A stretch of 64,000 nt of DNA, from positions 1,406-65,405 of the forward strand of contig JAQULP010000001.1 in the NCBI GenBank assembly GCA_028718525.1, read 5' to 3'. This document shows, in pieces, positions 1-10,332 of this stretch. The DNA is from Sulfuricurvum sp. Its GTDB lineage: Bacteria > Campylobacterota > Campylobacteria > Campylobacterales > Sulfurimonadaceae. How positions within the stretch are numbered: position 1 is the stretch's first letter; every line of letters starts with the position of its first letter. The notes under the pieces were generated by a model. The model was not told where the DNA came from, searched no databases, and saw nothing but the letters and a program-made list of their open reading frames with translations. The translations under genes were made by a program, and so were the position numbers.

Positions 1-1421
1 ATCGGAATACCTAATTTTTTCATATGGTTTAGGAACTCTGCAGGTGTCAAGTTGTTATCATCTGCATATTTGAAATGTTCTGCAGCACCATCAATCGCAC
101 CACCGAAACGTGGTCCGATAGTGAGTAGTCCCGTTACCAATGATTCAACAACCGATTTACCGGCACGCGCCGTTACTTTTGCGTTGTGCGCACCCGAAAC
201 AGCCGGACCATGGTCTGCAACGGTTTTGATTACCGTTTCGATGAAATCTGTAGCCCATTTTGGATACTGTTTTTTGAACCATAGAAGTGAGATAACGTCA
301 CCGATACCTTTTCCAGTACTTGGCAATGCAACTGATGAGATAGGGAAACCGGCATAAGTTGCTTCATCTCCGCGATCATCAGAAATAGTACAGATGAACT
401 CTTTTTTGCGACGTACTTTTGGAACAACGTTCATATCCGGCTCAGGGATATTTTTGATAACACCGTCCGCTTTCAACTTACCGTATACTTCAGCGATTTT
501 TGCCGGAAGGTCATTGAATGTCGCAGGGACATAGATACCAGCATCCGCCATTGCTTTGTTTTTTGCTTCAGCAGTTTCAGCGGCAGCATTAGCCGATGCA
601 CCTGCGTGACCGAATTGAACACCTGAATCGTAATATTTAGCAATTGTACCGATACACCATGCAATGATTGGCTTAGTAATACGTCCAGATTTAACGGCTT
701 CGATTACTTTATACTCTTCTGTACCACCAACTTCCCCGAGTAAAATCATATATTTTACTTCCGGGTTATCTTGCATACGAAGAAGATTATCGATAAATAC
801 TGAACCTACGAAACGGTCACCGCCGATCGCAACACCCTCAGCAATACCATCTGCATTGATGGCAATAATATTAGAAAGCTCGTTGAACAAACCACCCGAA
901 CGGGTTACAAGGCCACAAGAACCTGCGCGGTGTAATTTAGAGTTTACGATGTTTTCGATGGTTCCACCGACGTTTGCAATTTTGAATGCTCCCGGAGAGA
1001 TACCACCAACGGTAGCAGGTCCGATTACGATTACCCCTTTATCACGAGCAGCTTGGTTCATAGTTCGTGCAAGACGCTCAGGAATCCCTTCTGCTGTAAT
1101 CATAATTGATTTGAAACCGCCCATATTCAATGCTTCCATAGTCACATCATACGCAGTACGGAAAGATGCAAAGTTCAAAAGAACGTCTGCTTGCGGCTGA
1201 GCCGCTTTAGCTTCTGCAGTATTTTTATAAAGCGGGATCATCACTTCATCTGGACCCCAGAAGAATTTTTCAAATTTGTTGCTGCTTGTCGGTGCAACAA
1301 TACCTGCTACCGATGGCTTAGCACGTTTGATTGTGTAATCATAGTCAAGCATACGCTGAATAGCGCTTGCGTTGTTATTCCAAAAAATAGCCTGTGTGTC
1401 TTTAGTAAATAGTTGTGCCAT
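1..1421 (-). CDS. aclA: ATP-citrate lyase alpha subunit (partial; runs off the left edge)
   Basis: Manual translation from ATG at 1421 (GGAGAG RBS): MAQLFTKDTQAIFWNNN...QRMLDYDY...FASFR...GPATVGG...SRSGG-like TRSGG...FGHAG phospho-His motif; lies directly downstream of aclB. Not in the ORF track because it is truncated. Confidence 0.95.
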   Translation of the reverse strand, partial: MAQLFTKDTQAIFWNNNASAIQRMLDYDYTIKRAKPSVAGIVAPTSSNKFEKFFWGPDEVMIPLYKNTAEAKAAQPQADVLLNFASFRTAYDVTMEALNMGGFKSIMITAEGIPERLARTMNQAARDKGVIVIGPATVGGISPGAFKIANVGGTIENIVNSKLHRAGSCGLVTRSGGLFNELSNIIAINADGIAEGVAIGGDRFVGSVFIDNLLRMQDNPEVKYMILLGEVGGTEEYKVIEAVKSGRITKPIIAWCIGTIAKYYDSGVQFGHAGASANAAAETAEAKNKAMADAGIYVPATFNDLPAKIAEVYGKLKADGVIKNIPEPDMNVVPKVRRKKEFICTISDDRGDEATYAGFPISSVALPSTGKGIGDVISLLWFKKQYPKWATDFIETVIKTVADHGPAVSGAHNAKVTARAGKSVVESLVTGLLTIGPRFGGAIDGAAEHFKYADDNNLTPAEFLNHMKKLGIP

Positions 1422-1430
1422 CTTCTCTCC

Positions 1431-2768
1431 TTACGCCTCAACTGCCATACGAACGATGTCAGTTACGTGTGTTTCAGGACCATAAACATCGATCCAAATA
1501 CCCATTCTGTCTGCCGCTTCTTTAATGTCTTTAAGACCTTTTTCATAGTTTGGACCACCACGGCGAACGTAGATTTTCATTCCAACTGCTTTCATTTTAT
1601 CTTGGTACTCTTCGAATGCTTGAATGATACCCGTAAATGTTTTGGCAACGTCGGTAAAATTCGCGATCGCTCCGCCAATAATAAGGATTTTGTCACGTCC
1701 TTGTACATCTTTTTTACGTGTCATCAAATCAAGGATCGTTTCAGCATAAAACTTGGTTTCGCCGGTTGTCGGTCCACCAGAATACTCACCGTAGTTTGCC
1801 AAATCATCGATACCTGCAAGGTCAGCGATCGTGTCAGCGTAAACAACTGAAGCACCGCCACCGGCAACCATCGTCCAGATGCGTGCATCCGGTTTAAGAA
1901 GTGTCAGTTTCAGTGATGCACCCGTTTTAGAGTCCGCATCTTCGATTGCAAGAACTTCCGGAGATTTCTCTTCCATACCGAATGCTGTAGGGTACTCAAC
2001 ATCGCCCCATGCATTCGCCATCAAGAATCCTGCCGTATCATCAAGTTTTGCAACCATATCAAGAAGTTCGATTTTGTTCCCTTGCATAACGAATGGATTG
2101 ATTTCAAGGTAAGCGAAGTTTAGTTCACGGTATGCTCTGAAGAAACCGATTGCAAATTCGGCAAATGCAGCTTTATCTTTGTCCGCAACATCTGCAGGGA
2201 TATTTGCTTTGATTTTTGCTGCAATTTCTTCTTCACTCTCAGTGATTTTAAAAGAAACTTCAGTTACTTTTTCTTCCCATCCTTCTTCAACTTCCATCCC
2301 ACCTTCAGCCGACATATATAGGACATCGTCATCACCGACTACGGTAGCAGAGATATAATATTCTTCAGCTTGTTCATGAGGAGTGAATGGCTCAACAATA
2401 AAGTGAGTCAAATAGTCAACCGATGGGTTACCCGATGGTGTGTCACCATCAAAAGAAAAGTAAACTTCTTGTTTCTCTTTTGCTTTGCTGTCAATCCAGT
2501 CAGCAGCTTTTACAAGTGTTACATCACCTGGTTTTTGGTCCTTGAAGAGTACAAGTCCGTTTTTACCACGTTTACCAAAAAGCATATCCGGCTTAGCAAC
2601 CAGTTTTTTCTCGTTTAACCACGCATGCTCAATCGCAGCTTCTCTAAGTTCTGGTCCGTTTTTGACCATGACGGTTTCATATGCATATGTAAAGTTTGGA
2701 AAGTATTTATTCCAGTGCTTTGCCAAAATTGACTTCGCATCAAATTCACGAATCGCTTTTTGAGCCAT
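1431..2768 (-). CDS. aclB: ATP-citrate lyase beta subunit (reverse TCA cycle)
   Basis: MAQKAIREFDAK, KPDMLFGKRGK, LEINPF, AKLDDTA, WTMVAGGGAS, NYGEYSG, GGAIANFT and RRGGPNY motifs. Confidence 0.96.
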   Translation of the reverse strand: MAQKAIREFDAKSILAKHWNKYFPNFTYAYETVMVKNGPELREAAIEHAWLNEKKLVAKPDMLFGKRGKNGLVLFKDQKPGDVTLVKAADWIDSKAKEKQEVYFSFDGDTPSGNPSVDYLTHFIVEPFTPHEQAEEYYISATVVGDDDVLYMSAEGGMEVEEGWEEKVTEVSFKITESEEEIAAKIKANIPADVADKDKAAFAEFAIGFFRAYRELNFAYLEINPFVMQGNKIELLDMVAKLDDTAGFLMANAWGDVEYPTAFGMEEKSPEVLAIEDADSKTGASLKLTLLKPDARIWTMVAGGGASVVYADTIADLAGIDDLANYGEYSGGPTTGETKFYAETILDLMTRKKDVQGRDKILIIGGAIANFTDVAKTFTGIIQAFEEYQDKMKAVGMKIYVRRGGPNYEKGLKDIKEAADRMGIWIDVYGPETHVTDIVRMAVEA

Positions 2769-2860
2769 TGCAACCCCTTCTGAAAATATTATTGGTAGAA
2801 ATTATATCATTTATGAGTAGATTGAACCCTATCTAAGCGGCATTAAATAAAAGAAGATTG

Positions 2861-4045
2861 TTATTTGTTTACTTTTGTAACATATGTTTCATACACTGGA
2901 GCATTTATGTAACTAATTGTAACTTTTTTACTTTCTTGAGTGGCACTTTGATCCAAACGATAACTTTCACACTGTGTTATACCGTAAAAACGAAGTCGTA
3001 ACTGCAACTTTTCATCCCCTGCATCAATACAGCCTACATTGTTACGATGCAATACTCCAGCCAATTCTTTTGCAATATGCATAGGATAGGAAAAGTGATG
3101 TGTCGGATTAGTCATAAAACGGTAAAAATGTTGATTAAAAAATACCGCTAATACATTGGCAATCAATAGGATAAATGCACTGTAAAAAAGGATTCGATAC
3201 CGTCCGCGGAATTCGCGTAAACGAATACGATAGGTGTGTAAAAACGTTTGTGCCGCAAGGGGCAGCGCCAAAAGTAAAAATGGGGCAAATGTTTGCACTT
3301 CAACCCTTTGACGAAACGATAACAGGAGAGAAATGATAAAGGCACTTATGGCAATCATCCAAATTAAATCCCACTCTTTGGCGATCATGCGACGATAAAG
3401 GACATAAAAGAGATACAAAAAGACGACTGGTGAAAAAATAGCGGTATAAACGCCCAGGGCATCCAAAAAACGGCTTTCCGGCAACCCTCCGACATGTACG
3501 CCGTATAAACTTACCGAAATTATCAATAAGAAACTTCCGACACCTATGTAAAGATACTCTTTACGATAAATTCCATAAAGGGCTATTGCAAAAAAAAGAT
3601 ATGCAAATGCAGGATCGACGACAATCAATAAAGGTAAAGCGGCTAAAGAATAACGTTCGTATTGTAAAAAAAGATAACCAAACAAAAAGAGCGATACAAT
3701 CACCAACCCCGCATTATCTATAACCAAAGCGGCACTCGTGACACCGGGGAGGAGTATATATATCAAAACAATCCATAATCGATCCGATTCTCTTGAAACA
3801 TAAAATTTTGACATTGCATACAACAATATGACAGAAATAATATGTAATACGACCATCGGTATTCTAAGTGCGTAGTCATTATGACCAAAAAGAGACAAAG
3901 AAGTAGTAATTATGGTTTTAAGGAGAGAAAAATCACCGTATAGAATTTGCGCTTCGTGATAGCCGATAGAGAGCCCGCCAATCTGTAAAGTCAGAATTAA
4001 AAAATTTATCCCGAGCAGTACACAAAATAAGGCTTTTTCTTTCAT
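2861..4045 (-). CDS. Multi-TM GT-C fold glycosyltransferase (ArnT/PMT family)
   Basis: About 10 hydrophobic segments; N-terminal xxEA motif and 'LFGHNDYALRIP' loop typical of PMT_2/ArnT proteins. Confidence 0.7.
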   Translation of the reverse strand: MKEKALFCVLLGINFLILTLQIGGLSIGYHEAQILYGDFSLLKTIITTSLSLFGHNDYALRIPMVVLHIISVILLYAMSKFYVSRESDRLWIVLIYILLPGVTSAALVIDNAGLVIVSLFLFGYLFLQYERYSLAALPLLIVVDPAFAYLFFAIALYGIYRKEYLYIGVGSFLLIISVSLYGVHVGGLPESRFLDALGVYTAIFSPVVFLYLFYVLYRRMIAKEWDLIWMIAISAFIISLLLSFRQRVEVQTFAPFLLLALPLAAQTFLHTYRIRLREFRGRYRILFYSAFILLIANVLAVFFNQHFYRFMTNPTHHFSYPMHIAKELAGVLHRNNVGCIDAGDEKLQLRLRFYGITQCESYRLDQSATQESKKVTISYINAPVYETYVTKVNK

Positions 4046-4611
4046 AGTTTCAGAAAATTATTAATTATCTCATGTCCGAATTCACTCATTATCGACTCTG
4101 GATGGAATTGAACTCCATAAATCGGCTTATCTTTAATTTGCAGTGCCATGATTTCATGATCATCTTCACTATACGCAGTCGGAATAATCGAATCCGGAAG
4201 ATTGTCTTGTTCAACAATCAAAGAATGGTACCGAGTAGCAGTAAAAATTTCAGGCAGCTTATGGAAAATAGGAGTTTCTCCGACTCTTACCATTTTGGAG
4301 GTTTTGCCGTGCATCATCCGTTTTGCCCGTACAACATTGCCGCCAAAAACCTGAGCAATACTTTGATGCCCTAAACAAATTCCAAGGATGGGAAGCTTAT
4401 CCGAAAAATATCGGATTGCCTCTAGCGTTACCCCGGCATCATCCGGAGTTGCGGGTCCCGGAGAGATAATGATTTTTTCTGGTTTAAGGGCTTCAATCTC
4501 TTCAACACTTAATTCATCGTTACGAATGATTTTGAGATCAGCGCCAAGTTCCAAACAATACTGAACGATGTTATAGGTAAAACTATCATAGTTATCAATC
4601 ATTAATATCAT
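4042..4611 (-). CDS. pabA: Glutamine amidotransferase component II (PabA/TrpG)
   Basis: MILMIDNYDSFTYN, SPGPATP, GICLGHQ, RYHSL and GVQFHPES; start moved to ATG 4611; PabA versus TrpG cannot be resolved from sequence. Confidence 0.85.
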   Translation of the reverse strand: MILMIDNYDSFTYNIVQYCLELGADLKIIRNDELSVEEIEALKPEKIIISPGPATPDDAGVTLEAIRYFSDKLPILGICLGHQSIAQVFGGNVVRAKRMMHGKTSKMVRVGETPIFHKLPEIFTATRYHSLIVEQDNLPDSIIPTAYSEDDHEIMALQIKDKPIYGVQFHPESIMSEFGHEIINNFLKL

Positions 4612-4621
4612 TCGGTTTCCT

Positions 4622-5689
4622 TCACCATACTTTGAGTGTATTATACAAGCTATCACGTTCAACAGCAGTAAAACCACTATTTTTTATTAAAGCTACAAAC
4701 TCATGTAAATTAACGCCATGGGCACTTTTTGCACCTGCTGCGGAGTTAATCGACTCTTTTTCAATAGTTCCGTCCAAATCATTGGCACCAAACTCCTGCG
4801 CTACCAAAGCCAAATTAACGGTAGAGGTGACCCAATAGGCTTTCAAATTAGGGACATTGTCCAATACAATCCGGCTAATAGCCATTGTTTTTAAAATTTC
4901 ATGCGCAGTTATAAACTCTTTCACATTCAAAAAATTATTTTCACTTTGATAAACCAGCGGGATAAAACAATTAAATCCACCTGTCATATCTTGCAAATCA
5001 CGGATGCGCATCATATGATCAATCCGGTGAGATCGTTCCTCAACATGACCGAAAAGCATCGTGACGTTGGATTTCATCCCCCGTTCGTGCCATTTACGGT
5101 GAATTTCAAGCCATTGTTGCGAATTCACTTTCCCTTTGCAAATATAATCACGTACGTGCTCATCAAAAATTTCGGCCCCGCCGCCCGGCATCGAATCGAC
5201 TCCGTTAGCAACCATTAAATCTAAAATCTCATCGTAGCTTTTACCGTATTCTTCCGCTAGGAAATGGACTTCTGCGGCGGTAAGAGCTTTGATATGAAGT
5301 TGCGGATGACGTGCTTTGATTTTACGAAAAACTTCCAAATACCATTCCAAGCCCGTATCGGGATTATGTGCAGAGACGATGTGAACTTCTGAAATTCCCC
5401 GAGACGCGATATCATCCGTAATCGCTAAAATTTCTTCGTGGCTCATCGTGTAGGGATTTGGATTTTTTCGACTGGCACTGTAGGCACAAAATTTACAAAC
5501 ATCTTTACAAATATTGGTCGGGTTAATATGACGATTGATATTAAAATAAGTTTGTTTTCCGTGTAATGCTTGTCTTCTTTCGTCAGCCAGTTCACCTAAG
5601 GTAAAAAGGTCTAAATCATATAGAGCAACCGCTTCGTCAAAACTAAGCCGCACATTTTGTTTTATTTTGTTTATCAGTAAATCCATCAT
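4622..5689 (-). CDS. mqnE: Aminofutalosine synthase MqnE (radical SAM, menaquinone futalosine pathway)
   Basis: NRHINPTNICKDVCKFCAY (CxxxCxxC), PGGGAEIF, TMLFGHVE, NLKAYW and GANDLDGT. Confidence 0.88.
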   Translation of the reverse strand: MMDLLINKIKQNVRLSFDEAVALYDLDLFTLGELADERRQALHGKQTYFNINRHINPTNICKDVCKFCAYSASRKNPNPYTMSHEEILAITDDIASRGISEVHIVSAHNPDTGLEWYLEVFRKIKARHPQLHIKALTAAEVHFLAEEYGKSYDEILDLMVANGVDSMPGGGAEIFDEHVRDYICKGKVNSQQWLEIHRKWHERGMKSNVTMLFGHVEERSHRIDHMMRIRDLQDMTGGFNCFIPLVYQSENNFLNVKEFITAHEILKTMAISRIVLDNVPNLKAYWVTSTVNLALVAQEFGANDLDGTIEKESINSAAGAKSAHGVNLHEFVALIKNSGFTAVERDSLYNTLKVW

Positions 5690-5817
5690 TTTAATCTCTA
5701 TATTATTGTTTTCGCGTATTATAGCGAAAGAAAAATTCCCAAATTTATGTCGGTACCATTTTACAACCTACTATAAGGTTCAAATATTCTATCCGTCAAC
5801 TGCTACTTACCTCTTTG

Positions 5818-5826
5818 TGCTACAAT
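5818..5826 (+). promoter_or_regulatory. Extended -10 sigma70 promoter (TGnTACAAT) for the T1SS operon
   Basis: TGCTACAAT about 27 nt before the start; AAGGA RBS follows. Confidence 0.6.
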
Positions 5827-5852
5827 TTGCCCAATAATTTATAAAGGATACT

Positions 5853-7571
5853 TTGTTAATGTCCAAATCCCTTGAAAAAAACGAATTACTCTCTGTCATA
5901 CACGAATCCAAAAAAGCTTTCTATTTTGCCGCTTTTGTCAGTCTTTTTATTAATTTGCTTATGTTAGTTCCCCCGCTTTATATGTTGCAACTTTATGATC
6001 GTGTTTTATCCAGCCGAAGCGAAGAGACACTCATAATGCTCACTCTTATTGTGATTGTGATGTTTGCCATAATGGGAATATTGGAATTTGTGCGCTCACG
6101 CATTTTAATCCGAGTCGGCAACAGCATTGATGCTAAACTCAACACCCGTCTCTTTAATGCGATGTTCGCTTTGGCCAATCGTCAACCGGGAAAATCAACA
6201 GCCCAACCATTGTCCGATTTGACACTTATACGTCAGTTCCTTACCGGAACACCTCTATTCGCTTTTTTTGATACCCCTTGGATCCCTATTTATATCGGCA
6301 TTATGTTTATGTTTCATTTTTGGCTGGGATGGTTTGCCATTTTTGCAGCATTGGTAGCATTCACCCTGACGTTAATCAATGAGAAGCGGACGAAGAATGC
6401 CCTTGAATCATCCAATAAATTTTATCAACAATCACAAACGTATATTCAGACGAGCTTACGCAACTCTGAAATTATAGAAGCTATGGGGATGCATGAAAAT
6501 GTCCGTAGACGATGGCAAAAACGCTATTCTTCTTTTTTAACCGAGCAGTCCAATGCAAGTGATGAAGCAGGTTTATGGTCCAATCTCTCCAAAACGATAC
6601 GTATGCTCATGCAATCTCTTATTTTAGGACTAGGCGGTTATTTAGCAATTATTGGTGAAGTTACACCCGGTATGATGATTGCGGGGTCCATTATATTGGG
6701 ACGGGCTTTAGCTCCGGTAGATTTAATGACCAATACATGGAAACAATTTAGCGGGGCACGAATGGCGTACCACCGTTTAGGAAAAATGCTTACCGATTTT
6801 CCGGAAAAAGAGAAACCAACCCCGCTTCCTATCCCTAAAGGGTTCATCGATCTCGAAACGATAACCGTCGTACCTCCGGAAGCAAAAATACCGGCGGTAA
6901 AGGGGGTCAGTCTTTCCATAAAAGCAGGAGAAATCGTAGGGATTATCGGTCCGAGTGCAGCTGGGAAATCATCCCTTGCACGTGCAATTTTAGGCGTCTG
7001 GCCGCTCCATTCCGGAAAAGTCCGAATCGATGGAGCCGAAATCAATCATTACGATCGGGCGATACTGGGTAAACATATCGGCTATTTACCCCAAGATATC
7101 GAACTTTTTGACGGTACCATCACAGAAAATATCGCCCGTTATGAAGATCCGAAACCGGAAAAAGTCGTTGAAGCAGCTCTGGTCTCAGGAGTTCATGAAA
7201 TGATCTTGCAGCTTCCCCAGGGATATGATACCCCGATAGGACCGGGTGGAATAGCACTTTCGGGAGGACAACGTCAGCGAATAGGCTTGGCACGTGCCAT
7301 TTATGAATACCCTGCTCTTGTTGTTTTAGACGAACCGAATTCAAATTTGGATGATGCGGGAGAACGGGCTCTTGTACAAGCGATTGCAGAACTTAAAAAA
7401 AGGGGAACGACCGTTGTCTTGATTACCCATCGCCCCGCTATATTAGGCATTACCGATAAAATTGCTTTTATGCGTGAAGGACAACTGCAACTCTTCGGTT
7501 CACGAGATGACGTTTTGGCTGCTTTGGCACCCAAACCGGCAAGCACGGTGCAACAAGGAGTACAAGGATGA
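5853..7571 (+). CDS. Type I secretion ABC transporter (PrtD/AprD family)
   Basis: LYMLQLYDRVL, FFDTPW and AGSIILGRALAP; Walker A GPSAAGKS, LSGGQRQR, LDEPNSNLD; no C39 peptidase domain. Confidence 0.93.
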   Translation: MLMSKSLEKNELLSVIHESKKAFYFAAFVSLFINLLMLVPPLYMLQLYDRVLSSRSEETLIMLTLIVIVMFAIMGILEFVRSRILIRVGNSIDAKLNTRLFNAMFALANRQPGKSTAQPLSDLTLIRQFLTGTPLFAFFDTPWIPIYIGIMFMFHFWLGWFAIFAALVAFTLTLINEKRTKNALESSNKFYQQSQTYIQTSLRNSEIIEAMGMHENVRRRWQKRYSSFLTEQSNASDEAGLWSNLSKTIRMLMQSLILGLGGYLAIIGEVTPGMMIAGSIILGRALAPVDLMTNTWKQFSGARMAYHRLGKMLTDFPEKEKPTPLPIPKGFIDLETITVVPPEAKIPAVKGVSLSIKAGEIVGIIGPSAAGKSSLARAILGVWPLHSGKVRIDGAEINHYDRAILGKHIGYLPQDIELFDGTITENIARYEDPKPEKVVEAALVSGVHEMILQLPQGYDTPIGPGGIALSGGQRQRIGLARAIYEYPALVVLDEPNSNLDDAGERALVQAIAELKKRGTTVVLITHRPAILGITDKIAFMREGQLQLFGSRDDVLAALAPKPASTVQQGVQG

Positions 7572-8911
7572 ATATTCAAGAGACACAACTCATGGCGGCA
7601 GATGATTTTCCGACTCCGCAAACCGATGATCGCCATTATCGCAGATTAGGATGGATTGTTTTAGTACTCTTCATAGGTATTTTTGGAATTTGGGGTTCTT
7701 TAGCTCCCCTAAGCAGTGCGGTATCAGCTCCGGGCAAAGTGATCGTTGCATCGAATAACCGAATAGTCCAACACCTCGAAGGGGGAATCATTAAAGCGAT
7801 AAACGTTAAGGATGGAGACAGTGTTTCCTATCATCAACCACTTATTGAACTTGATTCGACACAAATCACCGCACAACTTGAAATTGCTAAAGGAAAATTC
7901 TATCAATCTTTGGCAGTTGAATCACGATTGATAGCCGAACGTGACGCCCTTGCTGTCATTCATTTCAGTCCGGAACTCTCAGACAACGACACTCATTTTA
8001 ACCTGACGGCAATCAAAGAGGGACAGCATCGGGAATTTACGGCCAGACGCCAAGAACTGAATGACCAAAAAATGGTTTTGCAGCAACGCATCGAGCAATT
8101 ACAAAGTAAAATTCAAGGGTTAGAAGCCATTATTAGTGCAAAAAGTTCCCTCTCTGCATCGTACAATGAAGAGATAAAAGAGTGGGAAATACTCTATCAA
8201 CAACAGCTCATCGACAAAATGAAACTACGGGATATTAAACGTGAAAAAATGCGTATCGATGGCGATATAGCCAATGCCAGAGCGGATATCGCGCAGGCAA
8301 AAGGGCAAATTGCTGAAATGAATGCTGAAATTATTGCCCAAAAGCAAACTTTTTACACTAAAGTAGTAACCGAATTAAGCGATACTCAATCGGAACTCTC
8401 TGACTTGCGTTCACGCATTTCTGCGCTTCAAGACACCCTTGAAAAAACTTCCATTGTTGCCCCGTCAGCCGGTATTGTCGCCAACCTTAAAATACACACG
8501 CTTGGAGGAGTCATCCCTCCCGGTCAGCCTATTTTAGAGATCGTACCAAAAGGGGAACCGCTGATTATTGAGGGGAAGGTCTCAGCGAATGAAGTTAACA
8601 ATATACACATAGGATTAGAGACCGAAATCCGGTTTCCTAACTTTGCACATATCAAATCCCTCAATATCATCAAAGGAAAAGTAATCTTTGTAGCTCCCGA
8701 TGCTATTTTGGATGAAAAAGCACAGGCGCTCTTTTATCCGGTTAAGATACAAGTTACTTCCGATGGGGAAAGTGAACTGATAAAAAATCATCTGACCCTT
8801 CAAGCCGGAATGCCTGCCGATGCCATGATCGTAGTGGGGAGCCGAACTTTGGCCGATTACCTGATCAAGCCCCTTCGGAACATGTTTGTAAAGGGCTTTA
8901 ATGAACAATAA
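7568..8911 (+). CDS. Type I secretion membrane fusion protein (PrtE/HlyD family)
   Basis: One N-terminal TM, VQHLEGGII, long coiled coil, 'HTLGGVI..G.PILEIVP' and GMPA...RT..DYLIKP. Confidence 0.93.
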   Translation: MNIQETQLMAADDFPTPQTDDRHYRRLGWIVLVLFIGIFGIWGSLAPLSSAVSAPGKVIVASNNRIVQHLEGGIIKAINVKDGDSVSYHQPLIELDSTQITAQLEIAKGKFYQSLAVESRLIAERDALAVIHFSPELSDNDTHFNLTAIKEGQHREFTARRQELNDQKMVLQQRIEQLQSKIQGLEAIISAKSSLSASYNEEIKEWEILYQQQLIDKMKLRDIKREKMRIDGDIANARADIAQAKGQIAEMNAEIIAQKQTFYTKVVTELSDTQSELSDLRSRISALQDTLEKTSIVAPSAGIVANLKIHTLGGVIPPGQPILEIVPKGEPLIIEGKVSANEVNNIHIGLETEIRFPNFAHIKSLNIIKGKVIFVAPDAILDEKAQALFYPVKIQVTSDGESELIKNHLTLQAGMPADAMIVVGSRTLADYLIKPLRNMFVKGFNEQ

Positions 8912-10199
8912 ATTCATATACGGTTCAGTTTCACTCCTCATATCGACATTATTTGTATTACAGGCGGAACCTTTAAAATTGAGTACAGCCTACGAACTCG
9001 CACTGAAGAACGAACCTCATCTGAGAGCATCATTACTAAAAACCGAAGCGGGAAGCGAATCTATCATGCAAAGCAAGTCAAAGCTTTACCCTCGGGTAGA
9101 GGGGTCAGCTGCATGGGGCCGATATGAATACGAATATACCACATCTACACTCCCGACTAAAGAGACTTACACGAATTACGCGATCTCTGCAGTACAACCT
9201 TTATACCATCCTGAACTGTTCAGAGAGATCGATGATGCAAAAATACGCCAAAAAATCAGTGAATACCAATATGAAGCGCAAGCCCAACAATTAGGGCTTG
9301 ATTTAGCCAAAGCATATTTTAACTTTCTCTATATTCAACGAAATATTGAACTGATAGAATCACAAAAACAATACTATGAAAGCAAGTTTAAACAACTCGA
9401 AGAGATGCTGAAAATGGGGTTAAGCAATCGAATCGATTTACTCGAAGCAAAAGTACATCGTGACAATGCAACAGCCCAATGGCTTAATGAAAAGAAATTA
9501 TATTTCGTAGCCAAACTAAAACTGGAGCATTTAACCGGTGAAAGTTTCACTGATGTTATGCCTTTTGATTTTACCGCTATCGACACCAATAAATTGAGTG
9601 TTTCGCGTGAAGAATGGGAAAGCAAAATTGATAATAACCCTGCCCTAAAATCTGCCCTGGCAACGGAAGAATCAGCACGCCATCAGGTTGCTATACGTGA
9701 ATATGAACATTATCCAAAGGTTGATCTTAGCTTAACACGAAAAGAGACGTATACACAAGATACCATAGCACATAAATATGACAATCAGGCCATTGCGCAA
9801 GTAACCTTGCCGATTTATCTAGGAGGGATGACACAATCGCGTATCCGGGAAGGAAAATTATTGGTTGAATCAGCGCAACGAGATCTTGATTACTATCGTC
9901 AGGAAACACGTTTTCATTTTGAGGAACTTTGGGCCGGAAAAGAGTTGACGATTGAACGCCTTAATCTCCTCAAAGAATCTGAAAAATCAGCACAACTATA
10001 TTTAGAATCAGTGGAAAAAGGGCATCAAGCCGGCTTGAAAAGTTTGGTTGATCTTCTTGAGGCCAAAGCGAAAATCTATGAGATTCGACGCCAACTGACC
10101 GATGCAGGATATCAAGTTGTCAATAATTACATCGGATTACTTGAAGTTACAGGGGAATTAAACGTCGAGAAGATATCAGAATTCGAAAAAATATTTTGA
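8901..10199 (+). CDS. TolC-family outer membrane channel (PrtF-like)
   Basis: Signal peptide, two OEP repeats (LYPRV...VQPLY; HYPKV...LPIY.GG; G.KSLVDLLEA); third gene of the T1SS operon. Confidence 0.9.
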   Translation: MNNKFIYGSVSLLISTLFVLQAEPLKLSTAYELALKNEPHLRASLLKTEAGSESIMQSKSKLYPRVEGSAAWGRYEYEYTTSTLPTKETYTNYAISAVQPLYHPELFREIDDAKIRQKISEYQYEAQAQQLGLDLAKAYFNFLYIQRNIELIESQKQYYESKFKQLEEMLKMGLSNRIDLLEAKVHRDNATAQWLNEKKLYFVAKLKLEHLTGESFTDVMPFDFTAIDTNKLSVSREEWESKIDNNPALKSALATEESARHQVAIREYEHYPKVDLSLTRKETYTQDTIAHKYDNQAIAQVTLPIYLGGMTQSRIREGKLLVESAQRDLDYYRQETRFHFEELWAGKELTIERLNLLKESEKSAQLYLESVEKGHQAGLKSLVDLLEAKAKIYEIRRQLTDAGYQVVNNYIGLLEVTGELNVEKISEFEKIF

Positions 10200-10304
10200 G
10201 CGCTCACCATCTATAAAAAAAGAAAAAAATTATCCCTCGGCAGCAAAGATTGTTTTGATGCCTCATTTTTGACCCTTCGTCAACCCTTTTTGTAGAAAAA
10301 ATGG

Positions 10305-10313
10305 TGCTACAAT
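10305..10313 (+). promoter_or_regulatory. Extended -10 promoter for glnD-glmS
   Basis: TGCTACAAT 20 nt upstream of the ATG. Confidence 0.55.
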
Positions 10314-10332
10314 ATCCCAAAAAGATAATCCA

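Noticed and set aside
52-1850. Several + strand ORFs (101-178 aa) at the window start
   Set aside because: Antisense shadows of aclA and aclB.
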